64,000 nt of DNA from Candidatus Lustribacter sp. (GCA_965277805.1 OZ255842.1:960001-1024000); one strand, 5' to 3'; positions 16,839 to 26,446 are shown, counted from the first letter of the stretch. The notes: generated from the sequence alone by a model not told the origin. Numbers and translations are program-made.

Positions 16839-19195
16839 TGCTCGCTGATCCACGGTCGCTCGAAGCGCTGGACTTCGCGCGCGTGCGCGAGCGGGTCGCC
16901 GGGCAGACGCATGCCGCGCAGGCGCAGGCGCAGGCGATCGCCATGGAACCCACCTCGGATTCGACCACGGTGCGCCGGCTCGTCAACGAGACGACCGAGA
17001 TGCGCACGCTCGTGCGCACGCAGAGTTTCTCGCTCTCGCGCATCGAGGACGTCGACGAAGCGCTCGAGATCGCGCAGCGCGGCTCGTCGCTGCCGGCGGG
17101 CGAACTGCGCGCGATCGCCGATGCGCTGGCGGCGGGCGGAGCGGCGGTGCGCGCGATCCGCGAGGCCGAGGGCGTGCCCGCGCTGCGCGATGTGACCTCG
17201 GCGTTCAAAGCCCTGCCCTCGATCGTCAGCCGCATCACCGATGCGATCGACGAGCACGGCAGCGTGCTCGATCGCGCGTCGCCCGCGCTTGCGCGCGTGC
17301 GCCGCCAGATCGCGCAGGCGCAGGACGACGCCCGCGACCGCACGGCCGCCCTCACGCGTTCGGCGAAGTACGCGCGCGCGATCCAAGATTCGATCGTCAC
17401 CGTCCGTAACGGCCGCTACGTGATCCCGATCAAGGCCGAGTTCGCGGGCGAGTTCCCGGGCATCGTGCACGACACGAGCGCAACCGGCGCGACGCTCTTC
17501 GTCGAGCCGCTCGAGACGCTGGAGACGAACAACCGCGTCCGCGCCTTGCGCGCGCAAGAGGAGCACGAGGTCGCGCGCATTCTGGCCGAGCTGAGCGCGC
17601 TGACCGGGGCCGAGGCGCACCAGATCCGCACGAACGTCGCGATCTACGTCGAGCTCGATCTGGCGCTCGCACGGGCTGCGGTGGCCGACCGCATGAACGC
17701 GGTCGAGCCCACGATCGTCGATGCGGCGACGATCGACGTGCACGACGGGCGGCATCCGCTGCTCGACGAGCGCGCCGTGCCGCAGTCGATCACGCTCGAC
17801 GACGACGTGCGCATCACGATTATCAGCGGCCCCAATATGGGCGGCAAGACCGTCGCGCTCAAGATGGTCGGCCTGTTCGTCGCGATGGCCGGCTGCGGCA
17901 TGCACGTGCCGGCCGTGTCGGCCAAAATCGGCCGTTTCACCCGTATTTTCACCGATATCGGCGACGATCAATCGATCGCGCAGAACACCTCGACGTTTTC
18001 CGCGCACCTCGGGCGGCTCGCCGAGATCGTTTCGCAAGCCGACGCGCGCTCGCTGATCCTGATCGACGAGATCGGGTCGGGCACGGAGCCCAATGCCGGC
18101 GCGGCGCTGGCCGTGGCACTGCTCGAGCGTTTTCTCGAAGTCGGCGCGTGCGCGCTCGTCACCACGCATGCCACCGAACTGAAGCTCTTCGGCGCCGAAC
18201 ACGCGCATGTCCGCAACGCCAGCGTGCGCTTCGATCCGCATACCTACGCACCGACCTACCAGCTCGATGTCGGCTCGCCCGGACAGTCGCTGGCGTTCCC
18301 GCTCGCGCGTGCGATGCATCTCGACCTGCGCGTAATCGAACGCGCCGAAGCGCTCCTCTCCGCGCAAGAACGCGATTACGAGCGCGCGCTGGAAGAACTC
18401 GCGCTCGAGCGCACACGCACGACGAAAGAGCGCGAAGTGCTGGCGAACGAGCGCGTGCAACTGCGCACGCTCGAAGACGCGGCCCGCAAGCGTGGCGAAA
18501 ATCTCGAACGCGAACGCCGCGAACTCGCCCAGCGCGCCGAGGCCCAGCTGGCTCAAGCGCTGCGGGGCTTTTCGGCCGAGTTGGAACGGCGCGCGCGCGA
18601 GGGCGGCGAGCGTACGCGCGGACCGCGCGTGACCCGCGGCCAAAGCGAACTGCTCGGCCGCACGATCGACGAGATGCGTTCGGGCCTCGGCATTTCACGC
18701 ACCGCGCCCCCTGCAGCGCCGAATCAGCAAGCGCCGGCGCCGATCGGGGTCGGCGACCGCGTGCGCGTGAACTCGCTCGATACCGAGGGTGTCGTGGTGG
18801 AAGATTTCGGCAACGACGTGATGCTGCAGATGGGTGCGCTGCGCATGACCGTACCGAAGAGCGATGTCAGCCGCCAAGGCTCCGCGGCGCCGCGGCGGGT
18901 CGAGCGCCACGAGCGTGAGAGCGGTTCGGCGAAGCTCGCGGCGGCCACCGGCGCGCGCACCGAACTCGACGTGCGCGGCAAACGGTTCGTCGAGGCCGAG
19001 CCCGTCGTCGAGCAGTGGATCGATGCCTCGATGCTCGCCGGCGCGTCGCCGCTGCGGCTGATCCACGGCAAGGGCACGGGCCTTTTGGGACGCGGCTTGC
19101 AGCAATATCTGCGCGCGCACCCGCACGTCAAAGACGTGCGTTTCGGGACGGCCGAAGAAGGGGGCAGCGGCGTGACGGTGTTCGAACTATCGTGA
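16838..19195 (+). CDS. mutS2: Endonuclease MutS2 / ribosome collision sensor
   Basis: GPNMGGKT Walker A, LIDEIGSGT, coiled coil, KOW domain, C-terminal Smr (LDVRG...IHGKGTG). Confidence 0.93.
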   Translation: MLADPRSLEALDFARVRERVAGQTHAAQAQAQAIAMEPTSDSTTVRRLVNETTEMRTLVRTQSFSLSRIEDVDEALEIAQRGSSLPAGELRAIADALAAGGAAVRAIREAEGVPALRDVTSAFKALPSIVSRITDAIDEHGSVLDRASPALARVRRQIAQAQDDARDRTAALTRSAKYARAIQDSIVTVRNGRYVIPIKAEFAGEFPGIVHDTSATGATLFVEPLETLETNNRVRALRAQEEHEVARILAELSALTGAEAHQIRTNVAIYVELDLALARAAVADRMNAVEPTIVDAATIDVHDGRHPLLDERAVPQSITLDDDVRITIISGPNMGGKTVALKMVGLFVAMAGCGMHVPAVSAKIGRFTRIFTDIGDDQSIAQNTSTFSAHLGRLAEIVSQADARSLILIDEIGSGTEPNAGAALAVALLERFLEVGACALVTTHATELKLFGAEHAHVRNASVRFDPHTYAPTYQLDVGSPGQSLAFPLARAMHLDLRVIERAEALLSAQERDYERALEELALERTRTTKEREVLANERVQLRTLEDAARKRGENLERERRELAQRAEAQLAQALRGFSAELERRAREGGERTRGPRVTRGQSELLGRTIDEMRSGLGISRTAPPAAPNQQAPAPIGVGDRVRVNSLDTEGVVVEDFGNDVMLQMGALRMTVPKSDVSRQGSAAPRRVERHERESGSAKLAAATGARTELDVRGKRFVEAEPVVEQWIDASMLAGASPLRLIHGKGTGLLGRGLQQYLRAHPHVKDVRFGTAEEGGSGVTVFELS

Positions 19196-20412
19196 CGATG
19201 ACCCAACCTCCGAGCGCAGCGGCGCGCGAAGCGGCGCAAGCGTTCGCCGACGGCTGCGATCACGTCGAGACCTTCGACGAACTAGCCGCGCGCATCGCCG
19301 GCGGCAAACGCCTCAACGTCAAGCTCGGCCTCGATCCGACCAGCGCCGATCTGCACATCGGACACGCGGTCGTGCTGCGCAAGCTGCAGCAGTTCGTCGA
19401 TGCGGGTCACAACGTGACGCTGCTGATCGGCGACTTCACCGCGCGCATCGGCGATCCGACTGGCCGCAACGCGATGCGTCCGCCGCTGACCGACGAAGCG
19501 ATCGAAGCGAACATGCAGACGTATGCGAAGCAGGCCGGCAAGGTGCTCGACATGGACCGCATCACGCTGCGCTACAACTCCGAGTGGCTCGGCAAACTCT
19601 CGTTCGCACAACTGATCAAACTGCTCGCGCAAACGACGGTCGCGCGCATGCTCGACCGCAACGACTTCGCGCAGCGCTACGCGGCCGGCACGCCGATTTC
19701 GATGCACGAATTTCTCTATCCGGTCGCGCAAGCGTACGACTCGGTCGCGCTCGAAGCCGACGTCGAACTCGGCGGTTCGGATCAGCTCTTCAACCTGTTG
19801 ATGGGCCGGCCGTATCAGTTACACGCGGGCCAGCCGGCGCAGATCTGCATGACCGTGCCGCTGCTCGAAGGACTCGACGGCAAAGCGAAGATGTCGAAGT
19901 CGGCCGGTAACCACATCGCGCTTACCGACACGCCGAACGATCAATACGGCAAGGTCATGCGCATTCCCGATGAGGCGCTACCGCGCTACGCCCGGCTCGC
20001 GGCCGGCTGGTCGCAGCACGAAACCGACCGTCTCGCTTCGGCCCTTGCCGCCGGCACGGGCAACCCGATGGACGAGAAAAAGCGTATCGCCGAGACGGTG
20101 GTGACGTTGTATCATGGGGCAGATGCCGCCCGGGCGGCGCGCGACCATTTCGAGCGGACGATCCAGCGCGGTGAGATGCCGGCCGAGATTCCCGAACGCC
20201 GATTCGAAGGCGCGCACACCCTGGTGGACGTCATGGTGGCGGCGGGCTTTGCCGAGAGCAAACGCGCGGCGCAGCGGCTGATCGCCGAAGGCGCGGTGAA
20301 AATCGACGGGAGCGTCGTCACCGATCCGAAAACACCCTGGGATACCTCCCGTCCGGCCGTTTTGCAGGTCGGTTCACGTAAATTCGTACGCGTACTCTCC
20401 GAGAAAGGCTGA
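19192..20412 (+). CDS. tyrS: Tyrosine--tRNA ligase
   Basis: KLGLDPTSADLHIGH, KMSKS, C-terminal S4 domain; start GTG 19192 or ATG 19198. Confidence 0.95.
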   Translation: MTMTQPPSAAAREAAQAFADGCDHVETFDELAARIAGGKRLNVKLGLDPTSADLHIGHAVVLRKLQQFVDAGHNVTLLIGDFTARIGDPTGRNAMRPPLTDEAIEANMQTYAKQAGKVLDMDRITLRYNSEWLGKLSFAQLIKLLAQTTVARMLDRNDFAQRYAAGTPISMHEFLYPVAQAYDSVALEADVELGGSDQLFNLLMGRPYQLHAGQPAQICMTVPLLEGLDGKAKMSKSAGNHIALTDTPNDQYGKVMRIPDEALPRYARLAAGWSQHETDRLASALAAGTGNPMDEKKRIAETVVTLYHGADAARAARDHFERTIQRGEMPAEIPERRFEGAHTLVDVMVAAGFAESKRAAQRLIAEGAVKIDGSVVTDPKTPWDTSRPAVLQVGSRKFVRVLSEKG

Positions 20413-20417
20413 CCCCG

Positions 20418-20657
20418 ATGGCCGCCATCACCTACACGCCGCAACAAGGGAAATCCGGGCCGAAGTTCACCTGCCCGCGCTGCCACCGGACCTACCCCTA
20501 TCCCGTTGACTACGATCGTCCGATCCGTTGTGAGTGCGGCTGGTGGTACACCAATGTCGGCCACGGCACGATCGTCGAAGAGTTCCGGCCGCGCATCGGC
20601 GGCTCCGACCCCGACGCTCCGCAATACGGGGAAGGCACGCAGCCCGAACGGCACTAA
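20418..20657 (+). CDS. Small zinc-ribbon-like hypothetical protein
   Basis: GAAAGG RBS; CPRC and CECG motifs; fills the gap between tyrS and hslO. Confidence 0.65.
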   Translation: MAAITYTPQQGKSGPKFTCPRCHRTYPYPVDYDRPIRCECGWWYTNVGHGTIVEEFRPRIGGSDPDAPQYGEGTQPERH

Positions 20658-21538
20658 TCGAGGCGGGCGAGTAGCCCCTCGACGTCGGCGGCGGTGAGCA
20701 CGTAGCGGCGTTTGCAGAAGTCGCACGTCGCTTCCGTCTCCGGCTGTTCGCGCGAAATCTTCAGCAACTCGTCGCGGCCTAAGCCCACGAGCGCCCGTTC
20801 GACCCGCTCGCGGGTGCAGCGGCAGTCGAAGCGCGCCTCGTAGGTGTTCTCGTGGGGGCGTAACTCGAGCCCCGCGGCCAGCCGCTCGATCAGCCCGCGC
20901 GCGTCGGTCCCCTCCGCGATCTGTGTCGTGACCGGCGGCATTGCCGCGGCGTTCGCTTCGAGCTTGGCGATCGTCGCATCGTCGGAGCCCGGCATCAACT
21001 GTGCGATGATGCCGCCGGAAGCGCGGATGCCCGTGGGATCGGCCAAAACACCAAGTGCGACCACGCTCGGGATCTGCTGCGAGTTGGCGAGGTAGCTGGC
21101 GATGTCTTCACCGATCTCGCCCGTTTCGAGCGGCACGATTCCAACGTACGGTTGGCCGATTTCATAGCTCTTGGTGACCTGAAGCTGGCCCTTGCCGATG
21201 ACGCCGGCGACGTCGAATTTGCCGCGCGCGTTGAGCGGCAGATCGGCCAGCGGATAGCGAGCGTAGCCACGCGCCGCGATGACGCCCTCGCCGCCGCTCC
21301 AGGCGTCGGCAACGATCCTCCCGATGGGGCCGTTGCCCGAGATCTGCAGGGTGAGGCGTTCGGGGCCCTTGAGGCTTGCGCCGAGTAGCGTGGCGGCGGT
21401 GACGAGGCGGCCGACGGCGGCGGCGGCGGTGGGTGCCAGGGCATGCCGGAGTTGGGTTTCCCGCACCAATTCGGTCGTCGTTCCGGCGACGAACGAGACG
21501 GTTCCGCTGGCAGCGCTTGCGGTGACGACGCGATCCAT
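20654..21538 (-). CDS. hslO: Hsp33 redox-regulated chaperone
   Basis: MDRVVTA start; SQQIPS, CRC...CDFC zinc centre. Confidence 0.93.
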   Translation of the reverse strand: MDRVVTASAASGTVSFVAGTTTELVRETQLRHALAPTAAAAVGRLVTAATLLGASLKGPERLTLQISGNGPIGRIVADAWSGGEGVIAARGYARYPLADLPLNARGKFDVAGVIGKGQLQVTKSYEIGQPYVGIVPLETGEIGEDIASYLANSQQIPSVVALGVLADPTGIRASGGIIAQLMPGSDDATIAKLEANAAAMPPVTTQIAEGTDARGLIERLAAGLELRPHENTYEARFDCRCTRERVERALVGLGRDELLKISREQPETEATCDFCKRRYVLTAADVEGLLARLD

Positions 21539-21653
21539 ACGCAGGTGGAGAAACCCCGATCCGCTGCGGGCGTTGCAATTGTCGCTTTGGCGGGAGGAAG
21601 GCAACCGTGCCCTGGTATAGGCTCCCCGACAACGTTTTTTGAGGTGCCGTATC

Positions 21654-21956
21654 TTGACCAAAGCTGATCTCGTTGAATCGATCGCGACTGAGTTCGAACT
21701 TTCAAAGCGCCAATCGGGCGAGATCATCGACCTGGTATTGGAAGAGATCAAAGAGGCGCTGCAGAGCGGCGACAAGGTGCAGCTGATTCCGTTCGGCAGC
21801 TTCGTCGTGCGCAATCGCAAAGCGCGCGAGGGCCGCAATCCGGCGACCGGCGCGAAGATCAAGATCCCCGCGCGCCGCGTGCCCGCGTTCACCGCCGGTA
21901 AGGGCCTCAAAGACGCCGTCGCCGGCGGCAAGAAAAAATCTAGCCGAAAGAAGTAG
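21654..21956 (+). CDS. hup: HU family DNA-binding protein
   Basis: GAGGTG RBS and TTG start; FGSF...ARxGRNPATG...PAFTAGKGLK. Confidence 0.93.
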   Translation: MTKADLVESIATEFELSKRQSGEIIDLVLEEIKEALQSGDKVQLIPFGSFVVRNRKAREGRNPATGAKIKIPARRVPAFTAGKGLKDAVAGGKKKSSRKK

Positions 21957-21971
21957 GCTGGTTGTCAGCCA

Positions 21972-22214
21972 CTACGAGCCGAACGAGTACTTCGAGACGC
22001 GCGGCTTGAGCGGTTGGTCGTCGTGCGCCGAGACGGTCTTGCGGAGCGCGGCGATCTCGTCGCCGTCGAGCTCGAAGCCCTCGGCAACAACGGCGGCTTC
22101 CGGGTCGCGCGCGAACGCCATCCGGAACGCTTCATCGTTGAGGTAGCGTTCGACGAGATCGGCTACGGCATCGCGGCTCATGGGATGCCGTAAGAATTCG
22201 CGCGCTCGCGCCAT
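21972..22214 (-). CDS. Small NHLP-clan-like (Os1348/Franean1_4349-type) RiPP precursor candidate
   Basis: LVERYLNDEAFR.AFARDPEAAV...FEL...EIAAL leader-like helix, ending PRVSK-YSFGS; ATG at 22214 overlaps the peptidase stop (alternative ATG at 22181). Confidence 0.65.
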   Translation of the reverse strand: MARAREFLRHPMSRDAVADLVERYLNDEAFRMAFARDPEAAVVAEGFELDGDEIAALRKTVSAHDDQPLKPRVSKYSFGS

Positions 22215-24250
22215 CAGCCTTTCTTTAAAACGTGCCGCGCATGTGCTTTTAATCTCGCGCGCTCGGTCCAAATGTCGTTGCACAGGCGGAAGAGCGCGAG
22301 ACCGCCGACGACGACCGCGAACACCCGGCCGAAGTATGGCACGGCGTCCGGCGGGACGATGCGTGCGACCCAGCCTTGGGCCGTGTAGCGATAGATGAAG
22401 AGCGTCCAGGCCGAGATCGCGCCGATGTACACGACCGCCCCGAGCGCGTAGAGCAGCTCGAACCGGTGGCCGCGCAAGCTAGCGCCGCTTCGCAGCGCGG
22501 GCCACAACCCGGTAGCGATCCAGCCCAGGCTCTTGCCGCGCAGATTCGGCCGCTCCATCGCGTCCATCAGCAGATAGTAGCCGTCGTATTCGAGCAGCGG
22601 GTTGAGGTTGCGCAGTACGGCGATGTACGACCAGAGCGCGAACACCCACGCCACTGCCGCGACCGTCAAGCTGGGCGCAAATAAAGCGAGGTACCCGGCC
22701 GCGCCGGCGAGCACGAGATTCACGAGAATTCCGCCGGCATCCACCAGCATGCGCTGCTCGCGCGTCGCGAGCCAGGCATCCGAGGTGTCGACGAAGAGCA
22801 TGACGCGAAACCAGAACCAGCCGAAGCCGACGCGATCGACGCGCGCGCCCGCGGCCTTTGCCGCCACGCCGTGGCCGAGTTCGTGCAAGATGATCGCAAC
22901 GGCGGCGAGCGGGATCATGAAGAAGCCGACGCGCGCGACCGTTGCGGCGTGCAAGAGCGTGGCGGCGGAGCGCTGCGCCATCGAGATGAACGCCGCAAAC
23001 CCGCCGGCTGCGAGGACGAGCGTAACGATGATGCCGGCGCGCGTAAATGCAAAGCGCCCGACGCTCTGATAGAGTGCGTTGAAGAAACGGTCGCAGCCGT
23101 TGAGGGAAAACGTGTACTCCATCACGCGAAAAACCGCCTCGACGAAACGCCGGTGGCGGCTGCGCGCGGGCGCCGTCGTGTCGAGCCGTTCGAGGTCGAT
23201 GAACTCCTCGCGCGCGAGGTGGCGCACGACGTCCATCACGACGTCCGGCGCGAGCGTTTTGTATTCGAGAAAGAGATCCATCGTGATATCGCGCAGCGTG
23301 TGCACGCCGTCGAGATGGTTCCAGACGAACGCGCCCTCGCGCGAAAGACGGAAATACGTGCCGCGCGCAGGATCTTTTAGCGTCCAGATCGTGGTGCCGT
23401 CCGCGGTCGTGCGATCGTGCAGTTCCACGCCGGGCTTGCGACGCGGCCGGCTGCGCGCTTGCATCAATGCGACCAGGTGTTCGGCGAGTGCGCCTTCGCT
23501 CGCCATCGCTTCGAGCACGTCGTCGCGGCGCAGCACGAGCAATTCGGCGTCGCTGATCACGCGCACGGTCGCGTTGCGCGGTGCGCCCGTCAGCAGCGCG
23601 GCTTCGCCGAAGAGCATCCCCGTGCGGAGCTTGGCTAAATGCCGCTCCGCGTCGCCCGAGGCGTCGACGACCTCGAGTTCGCCGTGCCGGATGAGATAGC
23701 ACTCATCGCCGGGATCCCCCTGACGGATGATGATTTCGCCGGGCGAGGCATGCCGAATCTGCACGCGCTCGGACAAGCGGGCGACTGCCCCGGGCGAAAG
23801 ATCCCCGAGTAGCGTGGCGGATTTGATGAAGCGGCCGACAGCCATCCGCTCGGCTGCCGCCTTAAGTTCCGGCCGGGCGTTGTCATCGTCGATCGCCTGC
23901 GCGAACGAGGCGCCGTCGAGCCGTAGCAGCGTGACCGGGGTGAGTGCGACGACGCTCGCCGTGCGGCGCTCCGCCCCGGCCACGATCGCGACCTCGCCGA
24001 AGAGTTCGCCGGGCCCGAGCACCGCGATCGGCAACGGTCCGCTCTTGCCGGCAATTTGCACTTCGAGCCGCCCGTCGATCACGACGTATGCATCGATGCC
24101 GGCCTCGCCCTCGCGAATCACGACGTCGCCCTTGGCCGCCGTTTCGCGCGTTGCGTTCGCCGCGAGCGTATCGAGCGTGTCCGCCGAAAACGAACGAAGC
24201 TGCCACACGTGCGCGAGGATCGGCGCAGCGAACGAGGGCGTGCTCGTCAT
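22214..24250 (-). CDS. Fusion: two cyclic-nucleotide-binding domains, PqqD/RRE-like domain, M50 (site-2) membrane metallopeptidase
   Basis: FGEVA...RRTASV and FGEAA...PRNATV; LKDP...YFRLS...VWNHLDGVHTL; HELGH and NLNPLLEYDG with transmembrane helices. Confidence 0.85.
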   Translation of the reverse strand: MTSTPSFAAPILAHVWQLRSFSADTLDTLAANATRETAAKGDVVIREGEAGIDAYVVIDGRLEVQIAGKSGPLPIAVLGPGELFGEVAIVAGAERRTASVVALTPVTLLRLDGASFAQAIDDDNARPELKAAAERMAVGRFIKSATLLGDLSPGAVARLSERVQIRHASPGEIIIRQGDPGDECYLIRHGELEVVDASGDAERHLAKLRTGMLFGEAALLTGAPRNATVRVISDAELLVLRRDDVLEAMASEGALAEHLVALMQARSRPRRKPGVELHDRTTADGTTIWTLKDPARGTYFRLSREGAFVWNHLDGVHTLRDITMDLFLEYKTLAPDVVMDVVRHLAREEFIDLERLDTTAPARSRHRRFVEAVFRVMEYTFSLNGCDRFFNALYQSVGRFAFTRAGIIVTLVLAAGGFAAFISMAQRSAATLLHAATVARVGFFMIPLAAVAIILHELGHGVAAKAAGARVDRVGFGWFWFRVMLFVDTSDAWLATREQRMLVDAGGILVNLVLAGAAGYLALFAPSLTVAAVAWVFALWSYIAVLRNLNPLLEYDGYYLLMDAMERPNLRGKSLGWIATGLWPALRSGASLRGHRFELLYALGAVVYIGAISAWTLFIYRYTAQGWVARIVPPDAVPYFGRVFAVVVGGLALFRLCNDIWTERARLKAHARHVLKKG

Positions 24251-24278
24251 GAAACGCCGTTCGTAGAAACGCCCCCGT

Positions 24279-24302
24279 TGTCATCCCGAGCTTGTCGAGG
24301 GA
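24279..24302 (+). repeat. REP-like palindrome copy
   Basis: TGTCATCCCGAGCTTGTCGAGGGA, identical to 15286-15309. Confidence 0.85.
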
Positions 24303-24309
24303 CCGCCAC

Positions 24310-24684
24310 TCAGACGAATTGCGTGAGGGAAAGCGTGTTCCCGTCCGGATCGTTGAACCACGCGACCCCGTCGCCGTTTGGGGTCCACCAGATCCCCGCT
24401 TCGTCCTGTTCGATAACCGGCACGCGCATCGTTGCGATGCCGTGCGCAGCGAGTTCGGCGACGGTCGCGCGAATGTCGGGCACGTCCCACCCGAGCGTGG
24501 TAAACGGATGCGGCTGGAAGTCCGCTACGAGTTGCACCCGCAACATCGTTGTCCCGGCCCGAAACACGAGCGCATACGGGGATTCGTCGACCAGCTTCAA
24601 CCCCAATTGGTCGCGATAGAACACTTTCGCCGCCTCCGGCTGCCGAGTAGCCGTGAACGCAATCACCGTCGCATGAGCAAGCAC
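24310..24684 (-). CDS. VOC/glyoxalase family protein
   Basis: GTG at 24684 after AAAGGGG; AKVFYRDQLGL...AWFNDPDGNTLSL. Confidence 0.85.
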   Translation of the reverse strand: MLAHATVIAFTATRQPEAAKVFYRDQLGLKLVDESPYALVFRAGTTMLRVQLVADFQPHPFTTLGWDVPDIRATVAELAAHGIATMRVPVIEQDEAGIWWTPNGDGVAWFNDPDGNTLSLTQFV

Positions 24685-24698
24685 GCCCGTCCCCTTTC

Positions 24699-24722
24699 CG
24701 TCACCCCGAGCTTGTCGAGGGG
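24699..24722 (+). repeat. REP-like palindrome copy
   Basis: CGTCACCCCGAGCTTGTCGAGGGG, with a compensatory stem change (T-A to C-G). Confidence 0.85.
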
Positions 24723-24771
24723 CAGCCACAATTCGCCGGGAACGCAGTCATCCCGGCAAGAATCCGGGTGC

Positions 24772-25179
24772 ATGCCGGCCCGGCGAATGTTCGGCTTGAG
24801 CATCGTGGCTGCAACGTGTCTAAACGTCGCCGCCTACGTCGTGGCCGCGCGGGCTACGCACCTCGACCGCGCCTGGTTCTGGATTGCGCTCGCCGCCGCG
24901 GCGTTCGTGTGGGCGCCCAAACAACTCCCGAGCGTGCAAGCGTCGACGGCGAGCTCGTCGCTGCTCTCCGCGCCGCGTGCGGCACTGTCCGCAATCGTCT
25001 TGTGGGCATTGTTTTTCGGCAAGGCCGTTGGCTGGAATGCGGTCGTCGAGTACGGCATGGGCGCCTGGCTCATCGTGCTACTGCTGGTCGTGTTCGTTAT
25101 GCTCGGCGTTGTCGCGATTCACTTCGCGTCAGGCGGTCGCTTCTTAGCGTTCAAGTCAAACGAGCGCATCATCAAGTGA
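24772..25179 (+). CDS. Hypothetical membrane protein (about four TM helices)
   Basis: Hydrophobic ORF; start ATG 24772 or 24787. Confidence 0.55.
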   Translation: MPARRMFGLSIVAATCLNVAAYVVAARATHLDRAWFWIALAAAAFVWAPKQLPSVQASTASSSLLSAPRAALSAIVLWALFFGKAVGWNAVVEYGMGAWLIVLLLVVFVMLGVVAIHFASGGRFLAFKSNERIIK

Positions 25180-26197
25180 CGTCGCGCGCGCCGACCGGAA
25201 ACCCGGGCGCGAGCATTGCGCCTGCCTCGAGCGGACGTTCGATCAGCTTGTACTTGTAGGCGAAATCGAGCGGGCGCTGGAGTTCAGGCAACGTGACTGC
25301 AACGGCGCTCGTTGCACGAACCGAACTTCGCACCTGCGACGGGTCTTGACCGGTAAATTTCGCGACCAGGTCGACCGTCGCGTCTTGATGCGCGTTTGTG
25401 TAACGCCCCGCTTGAGCCATGACCGTTTGGAAAGCTTTCACCGCCTGGGGATTCTTCACGATGAAATCGTCGCTCGCGATCCACGCCGAAATGAGGAAGC
25501 GTGGAGCAACGGCGTCGAGCGGCTTGCCCAAGAGACGCGCTTTTCCGCCGGCAAGAGCGACCGAGAGAAACGGCGCCTTGAACACGCCGGCATCGATGCG
25601 TCCGCCCAGCAATGCGGCGAGTTGTTCGGGCGGCGGGATCTCGACCGGCTTGAGGCTTGCGCCGTCGCCGCCGCCGTTATCGACCCAGCCGCGCGTAGCG
25701 AGCGTGTAGAGGTCCTTGAGCGAGTCCACGCCGATGACTTTGCCGTTCAAGTCGCTCGCCGAGCGGATCGGCGAATCGGCCTTCACGAGCAGCACCGAAT
25801 CGGCGTGATCGCTGAGATAGAACGCTTCGGGCGCGATAAACTTCACCGGGATGTCGTGCGCGATCGCAGCGAACGTCGCGAACAGGCTGCCCGCGGCGAT
25901 ATCTGCCGAACCGCCGACCAGCGCCGTGAGGCTCGCCGCGCTGCTGCCGGTGTTGACCAGGTCGATCGCCAGTCCGTGCGCGGCAAACACGTTTTGCTGC
26001 TGCGCCCACAGCAGCGTTTTGACCGCGTCGGTCCGCACCGTGAGGATCCGCAGCGTCTGCAACGCCTGGGCCCGAGCCGGTGCAGCCTGCACGAGCGGCG
26101 CCAATGGCGCTGCAACGGCAAGACGTATGAAGCGGCCGATCGAAAGAGCGCATGATCTGGTTTTATGACGGCTGCCGACGGCGTCCCCTTCTACCAA
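25172..26197 (-). CDS. ABC transporter substrate-binding protein, SsuA/NMT1/THI5-like
   Basis: LLVKADSPIRSASDLNGKVIGV, GRIDA motifs; start codon uncertain. Confidence 0.8.
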   Translation of the reverse strand: MVEGDAVGSRHKTRSCALSIGRFIRLAVAAPLAPLVQAAPARAQALQTLRILTVRTDAVKTLLWAQQQNVFAAHGLAIDLVNTGSSAASLTALVGGSADIAAGSLFATFAAIAHDIPVKFIAPEAFYLSDHADSVLLVKADSPIRSASDLNGKVIGVDSLKDLYTLATRGWVDNGGGDGASLKPVEIPPPEQLAALLGGRIDAGVFKAPFLSVALAGGKARLLGKPLDAVAPRFLISAWIASDDFIVKNPQAVKAFQTVMAQAGRYTNAHQDATVDLVAKFTGQDPSQVRSSVRATSAVAVTLPELQRPLDFAYKYKLIERPLEAGAMLAPGFPVGARDVT

Positions 26198-26201
26198 AGC
26201 A

Positions 26202-26231
26202 GAAGGCCCCGGCGATGATGCCGAGGCCTTC
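26202..26231. terminator. Stem-loop, probable intrinsic terminator
   Basis: GAAGGCCCCGGC-GATGAT-GCCGAGGCCTTC with one mismatch, short T/A runs on both sides. Confidence 0.55.
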
Positions 26232-26245
26232 CTTTGATTATCTGA

Positions 26246-26446
26246 TTATCGTTCGTCCGTATACGTGCTGATGATTCGGTTGCTGTGGATTTCTTCTTTG
26301 TGGTACTCGGCAACAAGGGCGAGCCATCCGTCCCAATCCCGGAACTTTCGCTCGGTTCGGCGGCGCGATTCTTGCGCGTTGTAGACCTGGCCGGGGAACA
26401 TGTAACGCGCGCGACGGTGGTTGCTATCTCTCGGGAGTAAGTTCAT
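26246..26446 (-). CDS. Small hypothetical protein in lower-GC islet
   Basis: ATG preceded by GGAGGGG; ends just before the stem-loop. Confidence 0.35.
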   Translation of the reverse strand: MNLLPRDSNHRRARYMFPGQVYNAQESRRRTERKFRDWDGWLALVAEYHKEEIHSNRIISTYTDER

